The notes under the pieces: generated by a model
Told to the model about the DNA's origin: nothing
Database searches by the model: none
Seen by the model: only the letters and a program-made list of their open reading frames with translations
From: an uncultured Olsenella sp.
GTDB lineage: Bacteria > Actinomycetota > Coriobacteriia > Coriobacteriales > Atopobiaceae
DNA length: 64,000 bases
Reading direction: 5' to 3'
NCBI GenBank assembly: GCA_934660915.1
Contig: CAKUIF010000001.1
Location: 192,319-256,318, forward strand
In this document: in pieces, positions 58,373 to 64,000 of the stretch
Layout of the letters: each line of letters starts with the position of its first letter
How positions within the stretch are numbered: position 1 is the stretch's first letter
Position numbers and translations under genes: made by a program

Positions 58373-58461
58373 TGGTGTCGGAGGCGGGACTTGAACCCGC
58401 ATGACCTTTAACAGTCACTAGCACCTCAAGCTAGCGCGTCTGCCAATTCCGCCACTCCGAC
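58373..58461 (-). tRNA. tRNA-Leu (GAG), long variable arm
   Basis: GTCGGAGTGGCGGAATTGGCAGACGCGCTAGCTTGAGGTGCTAG...GGTTCAAGTCCCGCCTCCGACACCA. Folded by hand. Confidence 0.8.
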
Positions 58462-58556
58462 TTGCTGCGCTTTCGCGCGAGAAAGAATATAACATCCCCC
58501 GCAAGTACTACGCAAGCCCCAATTTTAAAAAATTTTGGCGGGCCGCAAATTTGGGC

Positions 58557-59129
58557 CTAACCCAGGAGCATCTCGTAGATCTCGTCCTCAGCTCCGTCGG
58601 CGAATCCCCAGTTACCGTCAGCGTCCTTCTCAACGGAAAGGGTGAACTCGACGTCGCGCATCTCGGCGTTGTCCGTGATGTCCATGAAGAGCTGACCGCC
58701 CATCTTGAGCAGATCGTCCTCCGTCACGTTCGTGGGATCGACCTCGGAGAGCTTCGCCTGGAACTGATCCGCGAAATCGGTCACGATCCGCTCCAGCGAC
58801 TTGCAGGACGCCTTCATCTGAACCGTGCCGGTGCCCTCCTTCTCGTCGACTTCAATCTCCCCCACCTCATAGTCGAAGCCGGCAAAGTAGCTCTTGAGGT
58901 AGTCCTTCATGTCGATGCCGAGCTCGGTGAAGGCAGAAGCCTCCTCATCGTCCATCTCGGAGGTCATCTCGTCGATGAGCGAGTCGTCGAGGTTCTTGAT
59001 CTTGTCGAACTCCGCCGTCACGCCCTCGCGGATAACGTCCTCGGCCTTCGGCCCGCCGCAACCGGCGAGCACGAGCACCGCCGCAGCCAAAACCGCCATC
59101 AACCCGAACACAAAGCCCTTCTTTTTCAT
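58557..59129 (-). CDS. Acidic lipoprotein of unknown function
   Basis: MKKKGFVFGLMAVLAAAVLVLAGCGG lipobox. 190 aa, Asp/Glu-rich. Confidence 0.65.
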   Translation of the reverse strand: MKKKGFVFGLMAVLAAAVLVLAGCGGPKAEDVIREGVTAEFDKIKNLDDSLIDEMTSEMDDEEASAFTELGIDMKDYLKSYFAGFDYEVGEIEVDEKEGTGTVQMKASCKSLERIVTDFADQFQAKLSEVDPTNVTEDDLLKMGGQLFMDITDNAEMRDVEFTLSVEKDADGNWGFADGAEDEIYEMLLG

Positions 59130-59256
59130 ACGCCTCTCCTCCTATCGAGACAACATCAATGATTCTTTAATTCTAACTGAAAGAAAGTTTTATATGGAGG
59201 TTAAGGCGTTCTCTAACACGTTCAAGGCTCCTCATGAGCTCATCGTACGGTTGTGC

Positions 59257-59369
59257 CATGAAAAAGACCCGCCCCTTTGTCTCTGGCGCAGTTCCGCACA
59301 AGCCGGACGCGACCTAACGTCGCGTCCGCGCGAGCAGGACTGTTTGAGCACAGAGACAAAGGGGCGGGT
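59257..59369 (-). terminator. Long-stem hairpin terminator downstream of oppF
   Basis: GACCCGCCCCTTTGTCTCTG ... CAGAGACAAAGGGGCGGGTC (20-bp arms, inner hairpin). TTTTT on the minus strand. Confidence 0.5.
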
Positions 59370-59394
59370 CGCTCAAGCAGGAATGCCTTGCAGA

Positions 59395-60420
59395 CTACAG
59401 CTCGATCGAGCTCTCCTTGATCGGGTTGGGCGCCGCGAAGTGGCAGGCGCAGAAGTGGCCGGGCTCAACCTCACGGAACTCAGGGCGCTCGGCGGAGCAC
59501 TTCTCGCACGCCATGGGGCAGCGCGTGTGGAAGCAGCAACCGGACGGCGCGTCGATCGGCGAGGGTGGATCGCCCGCGAGGATGATGCGCTTGCGGGTAG
59601 CCTGAATGTCCGGGTCGGGCACCGGGACGGCGGAGAGCAGCGACTGCGTGTACGGGTGGTACGGCGTGTCGTAGAGCGTCTTCCAGTCCGAGTACTCCAT
59701 CATGTTGCCCAGGTACATAACGCCGATATTGTCGGAGATGTGCTGTACGACCGAGAGGTCGTGGGCGATGAAGAGGTACGCAGTGCCAGTCTCCTTCTGA
59801 AGGTCGTTGAGCAGGTTCAGGACCTGGGCCTGGATGGAGACGTCGAGTGCCGAGACAGGCTCGTCGCAGATGATGAGCTTGGGCTTGAGCGCGAAGGCGC
59901 GGGCGATGCCGACACGCTGGCGCTGGCCGCCGGAGAACTCGTGCGGGTAGCGGTTGATGTGCTCGGGGTTGAGGCCGACCATGTCAAGAAGCCCGCGGAC
60001 GTACTTCTCGCGCTCCGCGGGGTCGGTCATGACGCCGTGGATGATGAGCGGCTCGGAGACGATCTCGCCAATGGTCATACGCGGGTTCAGCGAGGCGTAG
60101 GGGTCCTGGAAGATGAACTGCATGTTGCGGCGCATCTCCTTGAGCTCCTTCTTGGACATCTTCGCGACGTCCTTGCCCTCAAACAGAACGGTGCCCGAGG
60201 TTGGGTGCGTGAGGCGCATGATGCAGCGGCCGGTGGTGGACTTGCCGCAGCCGGACTCGCCGACGAGGCCGAAGGTCTCGCCGGGATAGATGTCGAAGCT
60301 CACGTCGTTGACGGCGTGGACGCTCTTCTTGGAGAAGCGCTTGCCGAAGACGCCGGACTCGACGGGGAACTCCTTGCAGAGGTGCTGCACCGAGAGCAGC
60401 GGGGTGCGGGTTTCGGTCAT
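59395..60420 (-). CDS. oppF: Oligopeptide/dipeptide ABC transporter ATP-binding protein (OppF/DppF-type)
   Basis: Walker [10 protein letters not shown], signature [10 protein letters not shown]-terminal Cys-rich Opp tail. Confidence 0.85.
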   Translation of the reverse strand: MTETRTPLLSVQHLCKEFPVESGVFGKRFSKKSVHAVNDVSFDIYPGETFGLVGESGCGKSTTGRCIMRLTHPTSGTVLFEGKDVAKMSKKELKEMRRNMQFIFQDPYASLNPRMTIGEIVSEPLIIHGVMTDPAEREKYVRGLLDMVGLNPEHINRYPHEFSGGQRQRVGIARAFALKPKLIICDEPVSALDVSIQAQVLNLLNDLQKETGTAYLFIAHDLSVVQHISDNIGVMYLGNMMEYSDWKTLYDTPYHPYTQSLLSAVPVPDPDIQATRKRIILAGDPPSPIDAPSGCCFHTRCPMACEKCSAERPEFREVEPGHFCACHFAAPNPIKESSIEL

Positions 60421-61518
60421 TTAGGCCTCAGCTCCCTTCTGGGTGCGGGAGTTCTCGGGGGCGTTCTTCGCAACGAACGACTCGTCGGCGGCGTAGTGGC
60501 AGCGAGCGAAGTGGCCCTCGGAAACCTGGACGCGAACAGGCTTCTCGGCGCGGCACTTGTCCGTGGCGTACGGGCAGCGCGGGGCGAAGGAGCAGCCGGC
60601 GGGAACGTGGACGAGCGACGGCGGGTTGCCCTCGATCGGGGTGAGGGGCTTCTTCTCGCCGGTCTCGGCCTTGGGGATAGAGCGCATGAGGCCCCAGGTG
60701 TAGGGGTGGTGCGGCTCGTAGAAGATCTCGTCGGCGGTGCCCATCTCGACGGGAGAGCCCGCGTACATGACCATGATCTTGTCGGCGACGTCGGCCACGA
60801 CGCCGAGGTCGTGGGTGATCATGATGATGGCGTTGCCGTTCTTCTCCTGCATCTCCTTCATGAGCTCGACGATCTGGGCCTGGATGGTGACGTCCAGGGC
60901 CGTGGTCGGCTCATCGGCGATGAGGATATCCGGGTCGCAGGCAAGCGCCATGGCGATCATGACGCGCTGGCGCATGCCGCCGGAGAACTGGTGCGGGTAG
61001 TCCTTGACGCGCTGCTCGGGGTTGGGGATGCCCACAAGGCCGAGGAGCTCGATGGCGCGCTGGGTCGCCTGCTCCTTGGTGTAGCCGCGGTGCAGGCGCA
61101 GACCCTCGCCGAGCTGACGGCCGATGGTGTAGACCGGATTGAGCGAGGTCATCGGGTCCTGGAAGATCATGGCGATGTCGTTGCCGCGGATGTGCTGCAT
61201 CTCCTCGTCCGACATCTGGAGCAGCGACTTGCCGCGGTAACGGACGTCGCCGCCCTCGATGCGGCCCGGGGGCATCTCGATGAGGCCCATGATGGTCAGC
61301 GAGGTCACGGACTTGCCGGAGCCGGACTCGCCGACGACGCCCAGGGTCTCGCCGCGGTCGAGCGTGTAGCTCACGCCGTCGACGGCCTTGACCACACCGT
61401 CCTGGGTGTGGAAGTACATCTTGAGGTCATCGACCTCGAGCAGGTGGGAACCCTCGGGAACCGGCTGGTTCTTGAGGTCCTTGCTCGGATCGTAGGTGGT
61501 GTTCTTCTTTCCAAACAT
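60421..61518 (-). CDS. oppD: Oligopeptide/dipeptide ABC transporter ATP-binding protein (OppD/DppD-type)
   Basis: GESGSGKSV, signature FSGGMRQRV, Walker [13 protein letters not shown]. Confidence 0.85.
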   Translation of the reverse strand: MFGKKNTTYDPSKDLKNQPVPEGSHLLEVDDLKMYFHTQDGVVKAVDGVSYTLDRGETLGVVGESGSGKSVTSLTIMGLIEMPPGRIEGGDVRYRGKSLLQMSDEEMQHIRGNDIAMIFQDPMTSLNPVYTIGRQLGEGLRLHRGYTKEQATQRAIELLGLVGIPNPEQRVKDYPHQFSGGMRQRVMIAMALACDPDILIADEPTTALDVTIQAQIVELMKEMQEKNGNAIIMITHDLGVVADVADKIMVMYAGSPVEMGTADEIFYEPHHPYTWGLMRSIPKAETGEKKPLTPIEGNPPSLVHVPAGCSFAPRCPYATDKCRAEKPVRVQVSEGHFARCHYAADESFVAKNAPENSRTQKGAEA

Positions 61519-61520
61519 GA

Positions 61521-62450
61521 CTATGCGTCCTTCATCTTGACGTCGAGGGCATCACGCAGGCCGTCGCCCAGAAGCGTGAAGGCGAGGACCGTGGTGAGGA
61601 TGGCGAGGCCCGGCATGATCATGAGCCACGGCTGGGTGGCCAAATACATCTGGCCGTCCGAGATGAGGTTGCCCCACGACGGGTCGGGCGGGACGACGCC
61701 CATACCCAGGAAGGAAAGCGAGCTCTCCGTAAGGATGGCGCCGCCGATGTTCATCGTGGCGTACACGACGATGGAGGCAACGGAGTTGGGCAGGATGTGG
61801 CGGGCGACGATGCGGAGGTCGGAGGCGCCCATGGCGCGGGCGGCGTCGACGTAGTCGTTCTCCTTAACGGTAAGGATCGCGCTTCGGAAGACGCGGGCGA
61901 TCGACGGCCAGCCAAGGATACCGATGGCGATGAAGACGTTCTGGATGCCGTTGCCCAGAACCGCGATCATGGCGATGACAAAGAGGGTGTACGGGAAGGC
62001 CATGAAGATATCGGCCAGTCGCATGATGATGGTGTCCCAGATGCCGCCGTAGTACGCGGCGATGGCGCCCATGATGAGGCCGAGGACGGTGGAGATGGCG
62101 GTGGCCAGCACGCCGACGGCCAGCGAGACGCGAGCGCCGTAGACCACGCGGCAGAGCACGTCGCGTCCAAGGGTGTCGGTGCCGAAGGGGTGCTCAAGCG
62201 ACGGGGCCAGGCGCGAGTTCGCGGTCATGGTCGCGGAGTCGGCGGTCGTCGGGTCGCCCAGAACGGACGGAGCCCACAGCGGGGCCGAAACCGCAATGAT
62301 CAACATGAAGATGATCCAGATGGCGCCCGCCATGGCGAGCTTGTTCTTCTTCAGGCGCTTCCAGGCGTCGCTCCACAGGGTACGGGAGGGAGCCACCTCA
62401 GCCTCAGCGGCGTCGTTCTTCTCGACGTCGACGTTGTTGTTCTCAGACAT
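61521..62450 (-). CDS. oppC: Oligopeptide ABC transporter permease (OppC/DppC-type)
   Basis: 309 aa. N-terminal tail then 6 TM. Confidence 0.8.
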   Translation of the reverse strand: MSENNNVDVEKNDAAEAEVAPSRTLWSDAWKRLKKNKLAMAGAIWIIFMLIIAVSAPLWAPSVLGDPTTADSATMTANSRLAPSLEHPFGTDTLGRDVLCRVVYGARVSLAVGVLATAISTVLGLIMGAIAAYYGGIWDTIIMRLADIFMAFPYTLFVIAMIAVLGNGIQNVFIAIGILGWPSIARVFRSAILTVKENDYVDAARAMGASDLRIVARHILPNSVASIVVYATMNIGGAILTESSLSFLGMGVVPPDPSWGNLISDGQMYLATQPWLMIMPGLAILTTVLAFTLLGDGLRDALDVKMKDA

Positions 62451-62463
62451 TCAGCGCACCTCC

Positions 62464-63504
62464 CTACTGCTCGCTCTTGGGCGCGCCAAAGCGGATCCTG
62501 GGGTCCAGGAACGCGTAGGACACGTCGACAAGAAGGTTAATGACCATAACAAGGATGACGATGACCGTGACGGAGCCCAGAACGATGGGCCAGTCGCGCT
62601 GCGAAATCGCGCGGTACGTCTCGTAGCCGACGCCCGGCCAGTTGAAGACGGTCTCGGTCAGGATCGCGCCGGCCATCATGGCGCCGAAGTCGTTGCCGAT
62701 GTAGGTGACGACGGGGATGAGGGCGTTCTTGAGCGCGTGGTGCCAAATGACGTCACGGCGCGAGAGGCCCTTGGCGCGGGCGGTGCGGATGTAATCCTGG
62801 TTCATGACCTCGAGCAGCTGCGAGCGCATGATGCGGGCGGAGTACGCCGTGGAGACGGAGGCGAGGGTGACCGCGGGAAGAATGTAGTAGACCCAGCTCT
62901 GGAACTCGGAGTACGGGCTGAAGTCAGCCGAGATCGGAAGATAGAACGCGCTACCAGTGGCGTTCTTGAGCACGACACCGAAGAACAGCTGCAAAAGCAT
63001 ACCCAGCCAGAACGCCGGCATAGCGACCAGGATGGAGGTGATGAGCGTGACGAGCACGTCCCAGAACGAGTAGCGCTTGATTGCCGAGACCATACCCGCG
63101 CCGATGCCGACGACCGTCTCCAATATGATGGCGACTATTGCCAGCTTGATCGTGTATGGATACTTGGCCGCCAGGATGTCGGAGACCTGCTGGCCCTTGC
63201 GCTGGTAAGAAGTGCCCAGGTCGCCGTGGAGAAGGCCGTTGATGTAGAGCACGTAGCGCTTCCACATCGGCGTCTCGATGGTGTTGCCGTTCTCATCAAA
63301 GATCGGGCTGCCATCGTCGTTCGTCTCGATCAGGTGGTAGCTTGCCCTCAGCGTGATCTCGGTCTGGGGGTCGAGCTTCTTCTCGCCCGCCATGAGCTTG
63401 ATCGGGTCGCCGGGAACAATGTTCTCCATCGCAAAAAGGATGAGCGTCACACCGAGGAAGACCGGTATGAACTGGAGAACACGCTTGAGGATGTACTTTC
63501 CCAT
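62464..63504 (-). CDS. oppB: Oligopeptide ABC transporter permease (OppB/DppB-type)
   Basis: MGKYILKRVLQFIPVFLGVTLILF N-terminus. 346 aa. Confidence 0.8.
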   Translation of the reverse strand: MGKYILKRVLQFIPVFLGVTLILFAMENIVPGDPIKLMAGEKKLDPQTEITLRASYHLIETNDDGSPIFDENGNTIETPMWKRYVLYINGLLHGDLGTSYQRKGQQVSDILAAKYPYTIKLAIVAIILETVVGIGAGMVSAIKRYSFWDVLVTLITSILVAMPAFWLGMLLQLFFGVVLKNATGSAFYLPISADFSPYSEFQSWVYYILPAVTLASVSTAYSARIMRSQLLEVMNQDYIRTARAKGLSRRDVIWHHALKNALIPVVTYIGNDFGAMMAGAILTETVFNWPGVGYETYRAISQRDWPIVLGSVTVIVILVMVINLLVDVSYAFLDPRIRFGAPKSEQ

Positions 63505-63697
63505 GTTTTCCCCTCTAGATTCCTACAGATACGGGCGCTGTGCCCTCATCCGCCTTTCGAAGCGATCCCTTCCGCCGCGATGAAAGGTAGATGAGGACGC
63601 GGCCCCCAAACACAAGAGACGCGCCATGCGGGGCACCGGCATTTTAACCGGTGCCCCGCACACGCTTCTCAGGATTTAGGCGTTCGCCTGCAAGCGA

Positions 63698-64000
63698 CTA
63701 GGCGCGCAGGGAGGCGTGACCGAGGTCAGCGATGCCCTGGGCGTTGTAGTAGAGCTCGTTGACGCGATCGGACGCAACGTGCTGGTGAGCGTAGAACATG
63801 ATCGGGATGATCGGCATATCGTCGGCGACCATCTGGTTGATCTTGCGGAACGCGTCCTTGCGGTCGTCCTCGTCAACAATCTTGCGGGCGTCGTCGATGG
63901 CGGCGTCGACCTCAGGGTTGTTGTAGCGGGAGTAGTTGTTGTCCGCGGTGGAGTAGAAGTTCGGGAAGATGAAGTTGTCGAGCGTCGGGTAGTCGGCGAT
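63698..64000 (-). CDS. oppA: ABC transporter substrate-binding protein, family 5 (OppA-like), C-terminal fragment (5' end beyond window)
   Basis: Own translation: ...NNPEVDAAIDDARKIVDEDDRKDAFRKINQMVADDMPIIPIMFYAHQHVASDRVNELYYNAQGIADLGHASLRA*. Not in the ORF track (no in-window start). Confidence 0.7.
   Translation of the reverse strand: MADYPTLDNFIFPNFYSTADNNYSRYNNPEVDAAIDDARKIVDEDDRKDAFRKINQMVADDMPIIPIMFYAHQHVASDRVNELYYNAQGIADLGHASLRA

Overview
High-GC (~65-70%) chromosomal window, almost certainly Actinobacteria. The gene content is consistent with Coriobacteriia / Eggerthellaceae (membrane-bound LuxR regulators, molybdopterin oxidoreductases, sortase-anchored adhesins), but that placement is an inference. 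Everything here comes from reading the sequence and the ORF track by eye; no searches were run. Almost all true genes are on the strand whose partner ORFs translate to Gly/Arg/Val/Ala-rich noise, and those shadow ORFs are rejected. The backbone is housekeeping: amidohydrolase, aconitase-family hydro-lyase, ybaK, 2-hydroxyacid dehydrogenase, xpt, ygiQ, def, ddl, pncA, a xanthine-dehydrogenase-family operon, uspA, acpS, degV, two ABC exporters, mnmA plus a cysteine desulfurase, tRNA-Cys, two tRNA-Gly, tRNA-Leu and the oppABCDF end of an oligopeptide transporter. Between these sit several lower-GC accessory cassettes, each delimited by one of three distinct intergenic hairpin-repeat families. (1) 12.6-16.5 kb: MerR and XRE regulators, secreted and lipoprotein genes, a small membrane protein (tentatively DUF4230-like) and a 32-aa peptide. 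(2) 35.6-37.0 kb: a single gene of unknown function whose C-terminus is tentatively DUF559 / Vsr-like, flanked by ~125-bp hairpins. (3) 48.8-54.6 kb: an island next to a duplicated tRNA-Gly, carrying a tandem two-module membrane LuxR regulator and an ABC-2-like system with overlapping permease-like genes. Other notable items are a fused STAS-HATPase / PAS-GAF-PP2C partner-switching pair with no sigma factor nearby, a split Cd/Zn ATPase operon (ArsR regulator, free HMA domain, ATPase core) behind a perfect 33-bp nested palindrome, and two degenerate repeat arrays built from forward then inverted units (not CRISPR). A small hairpin repeat may extend the 3' end of the cysteine desulfurase gene. 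Two large sortase-type surface adhesins sit in an AT-rich context at the window start. No CRISPR array, no rRNA and no transposase or integrase were seen.
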